A DNA stretch of 64,000 bases, taken from positions 1-64,000 of IMG/VR virus record IMGVR_UViG_3300033153_015063. One strand, 5' to 3'. The notes below the pieces were generated by a model. That model was not told the origin of the DNA, made no database searches, and saw nothing but the letters and a program-made list of their open reading frames with translations. Positions within the stretch are counted from its first letter, which is position 1. The number at the start of each line of letters is the position of its first letter. The translations under genes were made by a program, and so were the position numbers. Shown piece after piece: positions 39,130 to 51,031 of this stretch.

Positions 39130-39851
39130 CGATTAATTTTTTCGGACCTTCCCTCATTTTTCTTTGCGAGTTTGTTGATGGCCCACTGATATTCACAACC
39201 AGGACACTCAACATACAACCACTGACGTTGTGGAAAACCATCTACACATTGGCCGTCGGAGTGGTCATAGTACTTGAGTCGGTGGAAATCGAGCTCTGTG
39301 CCACAAGTTGGGCAATCTGGAGATTGAGTACGTTTCAATTCCTCAATCCAACCATCAAGAGTTAAATCGTATTTGGGAATTATAATATGTGGTTCAAAAA
39401 TATCAGTCTCTGGGAGACCCCTGACCGGCCCCTTGTACACGGTCTTGCCGCCTTCGTAGACGTATTTGTAGCGGTTACCTGAACCTGGGGGAATTTCAAT
39501 TACAGTCGTCCCTCTACATTTTATCTTTCTACATTTTTTGAGTATATAATCATTGATAACTCTATCCATCTGCCCCCTTGTATAACCATCGAGTGAGTCC
39601 CAGTCAACAGATATAAACACGACATCACTACTCATAACTTCATAATGTGTTTTACATAAGGGGCACCATTTTATTTTGCCTCTACTCCTTTGTTCACCAC
39701 ATGTATGTTTATGGTCAAATATTACTTTGTCAAATATCTTACAGAAAACGTCAGATGGGGCTGGATTTTTATGTTTCCGGTGCTTGGTCCATTGCTGAAA
39801 AAACAACGGAAGATTGAACTCATCAAGAGTGAATGTTAGATTCATCGGCAT
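39126..39851 (-). CDS. Protein with internal VEIPPGSG module (copy 7) between Zn ribbons
   Basis: TVIEIPPGSGNRYKYVYEGGKTVYKGPV at about 39420-39510. Confidence 0.8.
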   Translation of the reverse strand: MPMNLTFTLDEFNLPLFFQQWTKHRKHKNPAPSDVFCKIFDKVIFDHKHTCGEQRSRGKIKWCPLCKTHYEVMSSDVVFISVDWDSLDGYTRGQMDRVINDYILKKCRKIKCRGTTVIEIPPGSGNRYKYVYEGGKTVYKGPVRGLPETDIFEPHIIIPKYDLTLDGWIEELKRTQSPDCPTCGTELDFHRLKYYDHSDGQCVDGFPQRQWLYVECPGCEYQWAINKLAKKNEGRSEKINR

Positions 39852-40298
39852 TCACACTCTGTTGTAGTGCCTGATGTAGATTTTACCTCTTCGTAGCTTC
39901 TGACTGGCCACAGAAACGATTTTACCATTCTGTCCAATAAGCCTACCTGGTCTATTTGTATAGATAATAACCCGCCCGGCCCCTTTTGTGACCCAGTCGA
40001 AGTTGGAATCGAAAGATTCCCCAAAGGCATCAGAAACCTCGTTCTGTAAAGAATGGTTCTTCTGCCACCCTTCAGAAAGATCATCAGTACTCCTACGGTC
40101 TATGGTCCCATCCGGGTTCAGGACACAACCCTTCTCCTGGCATTGCCACCCGAGATGATGCCAGACCAGGGCCGAGTTCCGTCCACACTCCGGGCACACC
40201 TCATGCAGTACTGGTGCCTCTACATTCTCGTCCTCACCGACGTCCCACAACCAGGACATCTTTTCTTTCTTTGATACTATATCCCATAGATTCATCAT
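39852..40298 (-). CDS. Zn ribbon plus KH-like (uS3-type) domain protein
   Basis: VIIYTNRPGRLIGQNG GxxG loop. Confidence 0.55.
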   Translation of the reverse strand: MMNLWDIVSKKEKMSWLWDVGEDENVEAPVLHEVCPECGRNSALVWHHLGWQCQEKGCVLNPDGTIDRRSTDDLSEGWQKNHSLQNEVSDAFGESFDSNFDWVTKGAGRVIIYTNRPGRLIGQNGKIVSVASQKLRRGKIYIRHYNRV

Positions 40299-40310
40299 CT
40301 TACTTCCTCC

Positions 40311-41543
40311 TTATCCTTCGATATTATGTTGGATTTTGACCTTTGGTAGCTCTTTATCGCCCCTCTCATATGGAGGGTGCCAGCTCAACCAATACTTGAG
40401 CTCCAGTTCATGGTGACAGACCGGGCACTCTGATGTACCACGTTCTTTTTTATAGATACGTTTGCCACAGTTGGCACATTTGCTGAGTTTGTGATATGAC
40501 CCCACAACATCATGTCGATATCGGAGGCGATGGATCGGTTTCTCTCCATCCTCATACTCAGGATGTTCAGAGATATGGACCTCCTTTGGAACAAGCCTCT
40601 TATCTCTCCTGACAACAAGTGTTGGAATCTCAGGAATAGAGAATATAAAACCTTCACGACGCTCCAACCTCTTCATCTTTGATGGCTTGTCCCTTTTTTT
40701 CTCGGCCACTTTTCTACACTTGATTTCTCGATAGATTAGTGTCCAGATAATCCGTTTGATAAAATAGAGTATTCCGATAGAGTTTTTGAACATTGGGCAA
40801 GCAACGTCGTCTCTAACATCGTTCGTGTCGTTATCCATCGGTTTAACATAATGAATACAAAGCGGGAGAGCTCCATTGAAATTTTCGTGCCCTGATACAT
40901 CGAGGGCGGCCCTGTCACGTCCCACTGTGCCTTTGGTCATAGCAGTCCGGTAGGGGCATCCATCCTCATCAATTATGATTTCGTTACTATCACTGTAGAA
41001 CGTGGCTATGGTAGGACAGGATAACCTGGCGATCCACAACTCACCCAGGGTTCTGTCAATCTCGAATATAAAATCCTGTCCAGCCCCTCTACCAGTATAG
41101 ATGGTGACTGTGATGTTGTCAGAATCCAATCCAGGGTTAACGTCTTTGAACAGATGGTCCACAGTTCCGACGTTCTCTTTTATATCCCCGAAGAGTGCCT
41201 TCAGGGTTTGGCCACCAGCCAACAAAACACCATATATCTTTGATGAATTGGTTTTTTTCTTTTTCTCCACAGGAGGGTTATTCTGATTTGGAACACTTCT
41301 GATTACTGTGCCTGTCTCCAGAGGTTTTTCAAAGTTCAAAAATATATTATCAAATGGAAGATGTAGTAGTTTTTTATCATTCTCCACATCACGGAAATTA
41401 ACTTTTTCTAACGCATTTATAAAGCCCTCAGTGATATAATAGACATGGCTCTTGAGCAGAGCTGTGAATGGGTGCTTTGACACAACGTTCGGGTCCTGGC
41501 TGTAGTCTCTGTGCCTTTGCAACAAAACCTTGTCATAAAACAT
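40311..41543 (-). CDS. Hypothetical protein with C-terminal Zn ribbon
   Basis: 410-aa ORF with RBS. Confidence 0.6.
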   Translation of the reverse strand: MFYDKVLLQRHRDYSQDPNVVSKHPFTALLKSHVYYITEGFINALEKVNFRDVENDKKLLHLPFDNIFLNFEKPLETGTVIRSVPNQNNPPVEKKKKTNSSKIYGVLLAGGQTLKALFGDIKENVGTVDHLFKDVNPGLDSDNITVTIYTGRGAGQDFIFEIDRTLGELWIARLSCPTIATFYSDSNEIIIDEDGCPYRTAMTKGTVGRDRAALDVSGHENFNGALPLCIHYVKPMDNDTNDVRDDVACPMFKNSIGILYFIKRIIWTLIYREIKCRKVAEKKRDKPSKMKRLERREGFIFSIPEIPTLVVRRDKRLVPKEVHISEHPEYEDGEKPIHRLRYRHDVVGSYHKLSKCANCGKRIYKKERGTSECPVCHHELELKYWLSWHPPYERGDKELPKVKIQHNIEG

Positions 41544-41602
41544 GTATCAGCAACCTCCTTTCATCACTTTCCATCTTTAAATACTTTCAGGATAGTGTTT
41601 CG

Positions 41603-43096
<1,494 letters not shown>

Positions 43097-43402
43097 CACC
43101 TCTTTCGGCTTCGATTGAAAGTACTCAGGACGAACTCGCCACCACACCCATCTACACACTCGTAGATGGATTGGAACGAAGGCCCACCGGTCATATCCCC
43201 GGTCTGCCTCAGGATTTTGTGGTCACACCCCTCGATCCTTACAAATCTCAGGTAATCATCAACATCGTCCAACGTCCGGTGGTAGGTCTCTTTACCAAGC
43301 AGTAATGTCCGATAACGACATTCCCCGTCCCAAATCTGGTCGAAACCGGGAACCCGGCGTTCCAGGGTATATCCGTTCTCTCTGGCTTTCTGCTGCATCT
43401 TT

Positions 43403-44026
43403 TCAAACTTGCTTACCATTGTTCTCACCTTTCCATAACTCAAAGAAATGTTCTGCTTTATCGGGATGTTCTTCAATCAGATGTTCCTTCATCTGACTCC
43501 ATGACGGAACTTTACTGGGATGCCAATGATAGCAATCTGCCTGTGTAGTGTCGATATCAGACATCTTCCCAATATCTCTGATGTACTCCCAGACGTTCTG
43601 TTCTGACATACCACAGGCCATCCCAGCTTCTATCACGAAGCGATAGACGAGACCCTGGGTCAGAGTGTCGGTTACATCATCATCATCGGCATAGACCTTT
43701 TTATCGAACATACCAAAGTAATTGAGCAAGAATATATTGATTGTTGTGAGAATCGAACTACCATTAGCCTCCACCAACTTCTGAAGGAAATCCTCTGCTA
43801 GTTGAGAGATACGTCTGTTACCGGCCTTCCGTCTCATCCCCCAATCGTGTGGTTCTCCGTCTTCGATGAGATATTTCTCAAAGTCTCCCAGGCTCAGTCT
43901 AGAACCAGAGAACATCCGAGTATCCATCCCTACCCCAGATTCGTAGTCAAAGTGTAACTTACACGACTGGCAGAAATAGTTCTTACCAACACTCCTTGCT
44001 TCATTGCCACATTTTGGGCAATCCAT
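43403..44026 (-). CDS. Hypothetical protein with N-terminal Zn ribbon
   Basis: CPKC...FCQSCKLHF. Confidence 0.6.
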   Translation of the reverse strand: MDCPKCGNEARSVGKNYFCQSCKLHFDYESGVGMDTRMFSGSRLSLGDFEKYLIEDGEPHDWGMRRKAGNRRISQLAEDFLQKLVEANGSSILTTINIFLLNYFGMFDKKVYADDDDVTDTLTQGLVYRFVIEAGMACGMSEQNVWEYIRDIGKMSDIDTTQADCYHWHPSKVPSWSQMKEHLIEEHPDKAEHFFELWKGENNGKQV

Positions 44027-44046
44027 GACACTTACAGTGTATTCAG

Positions 44047-44088
44047 CCTTTATATAGTTTCATGGTTTTGAACCGTAAAAAGCGTAAA
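44047..44088 (-). promoter_or_regulatory. Operator-class promoter 7
   Basis: cctttatata...ccgtaaaaagcgtaaa. Confidence 0.8.
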
Positions 44089-44114
44089 AGGTTTACTTTC
44101 TTTTCAACACACCT

Positions 44115-46145
44115 CTACTTCTTACTTGGACAGTTCATATCAAGACACATATTCCAGGGTTGCTTCCCTTTTGTCTTGATTACAACCTTCGGCGTGTTGC
44201 ACGACACACAGATTGCCCCGGTAACCTTGATATCACCCTGCCCGGGGAGTGGAAAGGTCCTGCTACAACCTGGATAACCCGAACATCCCACAAACCTTTT
44301 TCCCTTCCTGGAACGGCGTATTTTCAGGTCCTTCCCACAATCAGGGCATGGACCAACCACTTCACCGGATTGCTGAGCCCCAGATCCCATTTTTTTACTG
44401 ATTTCAGGTGTCCTCTTCAGCAACCCATCAATGATTTTATCCAGATTGTCTCTAGAGACAGTCAACACTTTATCTTTCGTGTTCTGACCATCGGCAATCA
44501 TGTCCATGTCAACTTCCAACTCCTTTGTCATGGTAGGTTTACTGATACCAGGTGCAAAGTCCATCAGGAGTTCCGCCAGTGCCATTCCATCTTGAGTTGG
44601 TCGGATATTCCCCTCGACATACCCACGATTGTAGAGCTTTGAGATGATTTCTGCTCTTGTAGATTTGGTACCAAGACCTTCGTTCTGCATCACCGAAACC
44701 AATGTGCCCTGTGAGAACCTGGAAGGTGGTTGGGTAGTTTTTTCTATTAATATTATAGTATTAACAGGTATCTTCTCATCCAATTTTAAGGAAGGCAAGT
44801 GGTTTGGTGGACTCCATCCATATTGATACACGTCTCTCCATCCCATCTCAATAATCCTTGAACCAACAGTAATAAAAAATTCTCCATCAATATCGAGTTC
44901 TACTTTAGTATATTCGTAGACGTAGTTTGGCATCAGCGTCGCCAGGAAGCGTCTGACAATGATATCAAACAGTTCGCTTTCGTCACCATTCATTGACCCG
45001 AAGAGACCAGTTGGATGGATAGGTGGATGGTCAGTGGTCTGTATCTTACCTTTACTCGGTCTTATCTTCGGGAGTCCGAGAACTACGCCGGCAGCATCAT
45101 AGATAGAACTGGTTGTGGGATACTCATTGAAGAACGACATTGTAATGTTCTTCAGACCGATACCTATTGGATAAACAGTATTGTCAGTACGTGGATATGA
45201 ACATATTCCTTTGAGATAGATGCTCTCGGACACATCCAATACCTTCTTGGCGTTCCAACCCAACACCCCAGTTGCCAGTCTGACCAATTCGGTTGTATCG
45301 AGTGGTGGTGGTGCCCATGCTTCCTGTCTCGTGGTGTCAACGTCGGATACCACGGCCTGTTTCGAACTCTCGATTCTGGTAAATATGTCTCTGGCTACTT
45401 TTTTATCGGTAAACTTACCTTCTGTGTGCCAGGCATCGAAGTTGCGGTTCTTGGTCAGATTCGCCTTGATTTTCCAGTATGGTGTTGGTTTGAAGTTCAG
45501 TATCTTCTTCTCACGTTCAACGATGAGGCATAGCGTCGGACTCTGGACCCTACCGACAGAGAGAAAACCTTTCCCCCTTCGTCCAGTCGACAGAGAGAAA
45601 AACCTGGTCAGAACAGCACCCCACACCAGGTCCACGAACTGGCGGGTTTCCCCCGCTGACGCCAGATTGTAGTCGAGACCGACGAGGTTCTTGAAAGCCC
45701 TTATCACCTCGATATTTGTCAAAGATGAAAATTGAGCTCTTTCGATAGAGACTCTGGGTCCTACCATCTTCACGATGTCGATAGCCTCCTTACCGATAAG
45801 CTCTCCTTCACGGTCATAGTCAGTGGCCACTATAATTTTATTCACTTTCTTCCCCAACATCTTCAGAGTCGCCACAATCTCTTTTTCAGAAGGTATCACA
45901 ATCGGGTTGGCATAGATGACATCCTTCAGATTCCCCAACTCCCAACTCTTGTATTTCTGAGGATACTCAACCTTCACGATATGCCCACGCAGACCAACGA
46001 TGTAGATGGTGTCGTTGCCATCATCATACGAGAAGTAGTAGATTGCACCATTCTTTCTGGTGATGTATCTGTTGCTGGGGGAGAGTATGTAAGCCAGCCT
46101 CTTCGCAGCTTTGGATTTCTCTGCTATGACCAGAGTATCTACCAT
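44115..46145 (-). CDS. topA: DNA topoisomerase I (type IA, archaeal-like)
   Basis: IAEK, ATDYDREGE, GRVQSPTL, SYPRTD, GLGTKSTR, C-terminal Zn ribbons. Confidence 0.95.
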   Translation of the reverse strand: MVDTLVIAEKSKAAKRLAYILSPSNRYITRKNGAIYYFSYDDGNDTIYIVGLRGHIVKVEYPQKYKSWELGNLKDVIYANPIVIPSEKEIVATLKMLGKKVNKIIVATDYDREGELIGKEAIDIVKMVGPRVSIERAQFSSLTNIEVIRAFKNLVGLDYNLASAGETRQFVDLVWGAVLTRFFSLSTGRRGKGFLSVGRVQSPTLCLIVEREKKILNFKPTPYWKIKANLTKNRNFDAWHTEGKFTDKKVARDIFTRIESSKQAVVSDVDTTRQEAWAPPPLDTTELVRLATGVLGWNAKKVLDVSESIYLKGICSYPRTDNTVYPIGIGLKNITMSFFNEYPTTSSIYDAAGVVLGLPKIRPSKGKIQTTDHPPIHPTGLFGSMNGDESELFDIIVRRFLATLMPNYVYEYTKVELDIDGEFFITVGSRIIEMGWRDVYQYGWSPPNHLPSLKLDEKIPVNTIILIEKTTQPPSRFSQGTLVSVMQNEGLGTKSTRAEIISKLYNRGYVEGNIRPTQDGMALAELLMDFAPGISKPTMTKELEVDMDMIADGQNTKDKVLTVSRDNLDKIIDGLLKRTPEISKKMGSGAQQSGEVVGPCPDCGKDLKIRRSRKGKRFVGCSGYPGCSRTFPLPGQGDIKVTGAICVSCNTPKVVIKTKGKQPWNMCLDMNCPSKK

Positions 46146-46194
46146 ACCACAACATCAATGGGAGAGTTTAAAAAGAGTTCTGAGCTCAGGAAGT

Positions 46195-46803
46195 CTACCA
46201 TCGAGGGATTCTTCTTGCGAAAACATCAGCTCTGGATTCTCTTCGATAGAAGGGGTCCACTTTCCCGTTGATATCAACTGACCGATATGTGATTGAATTG
46301 GTATAACCATCCGAGAAGACCTGTGCATTCCAGACGATACGGCTGTTCTTGACTGCTACAATCCCTACCCCCAACCCATTATGCTTACTCCATATGGGAG
46401 GAGATGTTGACTGATTACCTATGCTGACGTGTAGTTCGAGACCTTCCTTGATGCTTTGCTTTGTGAGTCGTCGGAGTTTGTTCACCAATGCACGGCCTTC
46501 TGCCGCTGCATATTTTTCATCTCTCTCTACAGCGATATGGGCCATGGCTTTTTTCATAGCATCCGTCTTGAGGATATCGGACACTTGAATTGGAGTATTT
46601 ATCGGCACATCCGATCTATCTTCCCATGTTATCTCTATAGATGGCTTGGATCTTTTCAATCCACCCATACTGAACATCTCCAGGAACTCCTCCTCCGAAA
46701 GCTCCGGGGCCGTGCCGACCGGCCCCTTGTAGACCGTAGCTCCCTCTTCATATTCATAGCGGTATCTATTCCCTGAACCCTCAGGTATCTCTACGGTGGT
46801 CAT
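46195..46803 (-). CDS. VEIPPGSG-module protein, copy 8
   Basis: N-terminal module; 5' flank shared with copy 4. Confidence 0.85.
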   Translation of the reverse strand: MTTVEIPEGSGNRYRYEYEEGATVYKGPVGTAPELSEEEFLEMFSMGGLKRSKPSIEITWEDRSDVPINTPIQVSDILKTDAMKKAMAHIAVERDEKYAAAEGRALVNKLRRLTKQSIKEGLELHVSIGNQSTSPPIWSKHNGLGVGIVAVKNSRIVWNAQVFSDGYTNSITYRSVDINGKVDPFYRRESRADVFARRIPRW

Positions 46804-46844
46804 CAAGGAATACAATGGGTGTTGAGTATATAAAGAGTTCGGGA

Positions 46845-47756
46845 CTACTTCTTACTTACCTTCTCCAGATACCTATCGGCTTTCTCTCTATCCTGGTCCC
46901 GATGAGGCACTCTGGTGAAATTGAACTTGATGTAGAGGTCAACTATTTGTTCCTCTGTCATATGTTTGACAGACATCATAGGCATCGTGGTTTGTCGAAA
47001 CTCAAACCGGTCCCTCTGAGAGAGTTCTGAGAACTTCGTCCCCCTCACTATCAGCTCGTCGTTGAAGAACATGATTATCGCCTTCAGGCGGTGTTTTCCA
47101 TCAATCACTTTCTGGTGCATTATATCTCTGTCATCTATAATAACAGATGGTGCCATAACCCTATCAAAAATTGACTCGATGAACTCATCATACTGTCCAT
47201 CGGTCCAGACAAAACCACGCTGATAGTCAGGAACGTAGAGACCAGGTCTGTCATCGTCTACCATTTTGTGATAATCTTCGTCTTTCTCTTTCCAGTCGAG
47301 ACCAAACTTCTGCCACTCCCCGATGGTAAAGTTGTACATCTCATAGATCAATCGCTTTGTGAAGGTAAGCTTATCAGGGTTCGATTCGTCAGACCAGGGG
47401 CTATCAGGGACTTGTTTCATGCCACCGGTGGTAGTTGGGTCAGGCTGAGTGTCTTTCGACGCTTGTGACCGTCTTTTTTCCCAACGTTTCTCGTCGTGAG
47501 AAGGCATATCCCATTGATAGTTAAATTTACGGTCAGTGTAAAACTCACCATCGAGATAAACGCCGATACCTTTCTCAAATGCAACATCCCGCTTCTCTAT
47601 TAATGATGGGTGTTGTGAGGACAATGTAGTGAGGGCTTTGTAGACCGTCTTCGCTGTCACTTTGTATCGTTCCGCTATCTCAAAAGTTGTACCTCCTTTG
47701 AAAGCCCCATCCATCAGGCCCTCGTAGATCCGATCCTTCACACTTTTTCTTGACAT
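46845..47756 (-). CDS. wHTH plus DUF262 (ParB/Srx-fold, GmrS-like) protein
   Basis: PDYQRGFVW, VIDGKHRL, KFN. Confidence 0.8.
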   Translation of the reverse strand: MSRKSVKDRIYEGLMDGAFKGGTTFEIAERYKVTAKTVYKALTTLSSQHPSLIEKRDVAFEKGIGVYLDGEFYTDRKFNYQWDMPSHDEKRWEKRRSQASKDTQPDPTTTGGMKQVPDSPWSDESNPDKLTFTKRLIYEMYNFTIGEWQKFGLDWKEKDEDYHKMVDDDRPGLYVPDYQRGFVWTDGQYDEFIESIFDRVMAPSVIIDDRDIMHQKVIDGKHRLKAIIMFFNDELIVRGTKFSELSQRDRFEFRQTTMPMMSVKHMTEEQIVDLYIKFNFTRVPHRDQDREKADRYLEKVSKK

Positions 47757-47916
47757 TCGTTCACCTCCTGAAAGCCTCGAACACTTCATTGAGAGTGTCA
47801 CCAGAGTTCCATAGCAAGGTGTCTTCGATTTCCTGCCTTGTCAGGAGATTTATCTGGTCACAATCGCAGCGTCTTTCCTGTGTAATTACACTCTCATTTT
47901 TATCCATATTTCTCCC

Positions 47917-48318
47917 TCATATCGTTTCGTACTCGATGTCTTCGATTGTGATTGTATAAACTGGTTTACCATACCTCTTCATCTCGTCGATGGTGTGTGC
48001 TGTGCCTCTGGAACCGATATCCAGGGCTACCAACACATCTGAGACCTTAACCATCTCTTTGTTTCGTCTCAATGGGGCACCCCGGTCGTTCGAGTGCATG
48101 TATTGGGGTTTCATGGTCTCTGGTTCGATGTCTCTGGACCTGGCCCACACCATTCCAACCTCCCGGTCAAAACCCCTAGCGCCACCTGTCAAAACCGACG
48201 TGATGCCCCCTTGTTCCGCTTCAACCTTTGGGATAATCTCGGCGTCAATATATGCCAGGATACTGTCTATTCCTACCCCAACGGGCATATCCCTTGGTCC
48301 AGAGAATAATAGTTTCAA
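47917..48318 (-). CDS. SLOG-superfamily (YspA-like) protein
   Basis: SGPRD, TGGARGFD, RNKEM, SRGTAHTI. Confidence 0.8.
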   Translation of the reverse strand: MKLLFSGPRDMPVGVGIDSILAYIDAEIIPKVEAEQGGITSVLTGGARGFDREVGMVWARSRDIEPETMKPQYMHSNDRGAPLRRNKEMVKVSDVLVALDIGSRGTAHTIDEMKRYGKPVYTITIEDIEYETI

Positions 48319-48728
48319 CTCTCCACCTCAGTGACAACATCGCTTCCTTCGAACCATTCCCACGCTTCGAGTAGCTTGTTGAGTTTAGCAATACGTTTCT
48401 CTGACTTGCTACGGAAGATGGAACCTTTCAGGTTGTTAATGATGTCGCCTGAAACCTTTCTCATTCTCTTCTCGAAGTTGGCCCGGACCTCAGCCTCCGT
48501 ATGGTGACCAGGATTTTTTGACTGCAATCCCTCTTCACTCTTTTTAACGAGTTGATGATTCTCCTCGAACCGGATGCCGTCGAGTGACGGCCAGGCATCA
48601 GTGTAATCGTTTCCATCCATCTCAAATTTACTGACCAGAAGGACACCCACCTCAGTCTTATTGATATAAATGCGATGATTTCTACCCTTCCTGTTGCATA
48701 TCTCTATTCTACTCATCGGCGTCATCAC
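48315..48728 (-). CDS. Hypothetical protein
   Basis: Operon member. Confidence 0.5.
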   Translation of the reverse strand: MMTPMSRIEICNRKGRNHRIYINKTEVGVLLVSKFEMDGNDYTDAWPSLDGIRFEENHQLVKKSEEGLQSKNPGHHTEAEVRANFEKRMRKVSGDIINNLKGSIFRSKSEKRIAKLNKLLEAWEWFEGSDVVTEVES

Positions 48729-48771
48729 ATCCCAACAGAATACGGCCCAGTGCCTATCTCGTTTTTATTCA

Positions 48772-49251
48772 TTATTCACTTCCTTCGAAGATGGCCTGGA
48801 CCTCATCCTCTGTATGGCCCAACAGAATACGGGCGGCTTTAATACCCGCCTCCCACCTCCGCTGTTCTTTCTCAACATCAGCGGCAGGAGAGTAGATACA
48901 TTGTTCAGACCGACAGGACCAGATATCTTTCTTGAACTTTTTACAGTAGCTCCCAGCCCGACCCTGGCGATAATTACACTTACTACAGATGGGTGGGCAG
49001 TTGTCAGGAATATCTCCATGAGGGGTCCCTTCGGAGTAAGGAGGTGTGACTTTCCTGAACCTCTTCACCTTTTTACCAGTCTTTTTATCTACCTTTATCG
49101 TGGTCTTCCCCTCAATCACAGTTGTTGAAGTTTTGGTACTCTGGTTAGGGTTGAAGTGTTGCTTACAACCTTTACACCAAAGTGCCTTTCCCGTTTTTTT
49201 GTAGGGAAACTCATATTGGTCACAATCACAGTAACGGGTTAACTCAACCAT
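48772..49251 (-). CDS. Basic Cys-rich protein with Zn ribbon
   Basis: WCKGCKQHF. Confidence 0.55.
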   Translation of the reverse strand: MVELTRYCDCDQYEFPYKKTGKALWCKGCKQHFNPNQSTKTSTTVIEGKTTIKVDKKTGKKVKRFRKVTPPYSEGTPHGDIPDNCPPICSKCNYRQGRAGSYCKKFKKDIWSCRSEQCIYSPAADVEKEQRRWEAGIKAARILLGHTEDEVQAIFEGSE

Positions 49252-49697
49252 CCTACATCACACTTGACAGTCTTCCCTACCACATTCGATGATGGTCTCT
49301 CCACATTCGATGCACCACTTACAACCGCATTCTAACCTCTCCAGGTTTGTCGAGTTACATTCAGGGCACTTGTCCATCATACATCACCAATAAGATTCAA
49401 TTAATCCTTTTTTCTTCATCCTGCGAAGATCAATATCCCAGGGCCAATCATCCTCAATATCTTCTTTTTTTACTACTATCACTTTCTTCTTTGCTATTTT
49501 TACTTCACCAACGTATTCTTCCATTTCATCATCGTAATAGATATTTTTGACCATCGCTGTACGGGTTGTCTCGCCATCGGAGAGTCCTGGTAGCCATCCA
49601 TCCCAGATTGCGTGGTTATCCCCAGCGTCGATGAAGATTTTTTGTTTCTTCAAATTTTTATCCACATACACTATCATTACCTCTTACTAACAATCAG

Positions 49698-49739
49698 CCT
49701 TTATATACTTTCAGCACCTTCAACCGTAAAAAGCGTAAA
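49698..49739 (-). promoter_or_regulatory. Operator-class promoter 8
   Basis: Same motif; precedes ORF 49384-49677. Confidence 0.8.
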
Positions 49740-49767
49740 AGATCCTTTCACTCTCCGTGCAGCCGGT

Positions 49768-50103
49768 CTAGATTGAATCGACGGCAGGTGGTTTGTCCCG
49801 AACTGCATCGACGATGAGCTCTTGCACCTTTACCTTCAGTCGATTCCATCCACAAACAGGGCACATATCCGTATCTGTAAGCCGGTTACAGCTCGGGCAC
49901 CATGATGCATTCTCATTCAATTTGAATGAGTACATTGGTTCATCTCCTGCGAAAGCAACAAAGTGCTTACTGCCACACTCAGGGCACACAGGGTCCGTCC
50001 CCTCTTTGTGGCAGTCGATACAGAACCTCTCTCGGCAGATCAAACACAGACCAAGTTCCGTGTCACAGTCATTGCACACTTCACACAGTATCGTTGTTGG
50101 CAT
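49768..50103 (-). CDS. Small Zn-finger protein
   Basis: Six CxxC pairs. Confidence 0.55.
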   Translation of the reverse strand: MPTTILCEVCNDCDTELGLCLICRERFCIDCHKEGTDPVCPECGSKHFVAFAGDEPMYSFKLNENASWCPSCNRLTDTDMCPVCGWNRLKVKVQELIVDAVRDKPPAVDSI

Positions 50104-50145
50104 GGATGTAGAACACAGACTATGTTTTTAAAGAGATTGGTGTTA

Positions 50146-50634
50146 CTACCAACTACGAACAAACACCCACACTTGAACATTGAAACCTTCTCGTTCCATT
50201 GGATTGAGCTTCGATTCCACTTCAGCTCGGGCCCAATTGACAGCATTATAAAAATCCTTGACTTTGATAGGACTGTGAGTACAGTAATCGTCGTTGGAAA
50301 CTATCAGCCTCCCGATCAGATGTCTATTCTGATAGCCATCTGGGAGGGGACAACTCTCTCTGTTATCGGGATGACTGGCCCATTCGAGTTGATCGGCCCT
50401 TCCTCCTTGTAGACATCTATCGGAACCGATTTCCTCGGGTTCTCTGAGTTGAGTATCGAGGAAATTACTCATATTTTTCATGTCCTCGTCGTTCTCCATC
50501 ATCAACTCGATATCTTCATTCCACTTCTCTGTGTATCTCACGAACTGTTCCCTGGTCATAAAGTAGCGTAGGACCTTTGGATGTTCTTGGAGAACGATGC
50601 CCACAAAGACTTTTGCCGTGTGTGTTGTAGTCAT
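50146..50634 (-). CDS. Hypothetical protein
   Basis: Upstream CTTTTTAAAC box. Confidence 0.55.
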   Translation of the reverse strand: MTTTHTAKVFVGIVLQEHPKVLRYFMTREQFVRYTEKWNEDIELMMENDEDMKNMSNFLDTQLREPEEIGSDRCLQGGRADQLEWASHPDNRESCPLPDGYQNRHLIGRLIVSNDDYCTHSPIKVKDFYNAVNWARAEVESKLNPMEREGFNVQVWVFVRSW

Positions 50635-50774
50635 TGGTAGTATAAAACCCAGAGTATGTTTAAAAAGATATTGTATAATAATCTTCCAGCATCCCCTTCC
50701 ATGCGTCTCCCAGCCTCCAGTTTCCAGCCTCCAACATCGAATCTTTTAAATAGTCCATCCCCTATCCATGATCT

Positions 50775-51023
50775 ATGAGTGAAATATCGGAGATACTCAT
50801 CATACCTGTGACAGCTGCTATCGTGGCCACGGTCCTTATCTTTCTCATCGTGGCCACCATCCTCGTCTTCATCTTCTCGTGGTGGTTCGGTTCAAAGATG
50901 CTGGGCTACAACAGGAAAAAGTCCACCACACTCGGTCTCGTGTCAGCAGCAAGCTTCATCTTCACAGGTTTCATCGGACCAATCGTGGTTCTAGCGGTTG
51001 CCTGGTTCTTTTTCAAGCAATAG
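50775..51023 (+). CDS. Small membrane protein
   Basis: Hydrophobic; TTTTAAATA upstream. Confidence 0.6.
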   Translation: MSEISEILIIPVTAAIVATVLIFLIVATILVFIFSWWFGSKMLGYNRKKSTTLGLVSAASFIFTGFIGPIVVLAVAWFFFKQ

Positions 51024-51031
51024 ATGGGACT

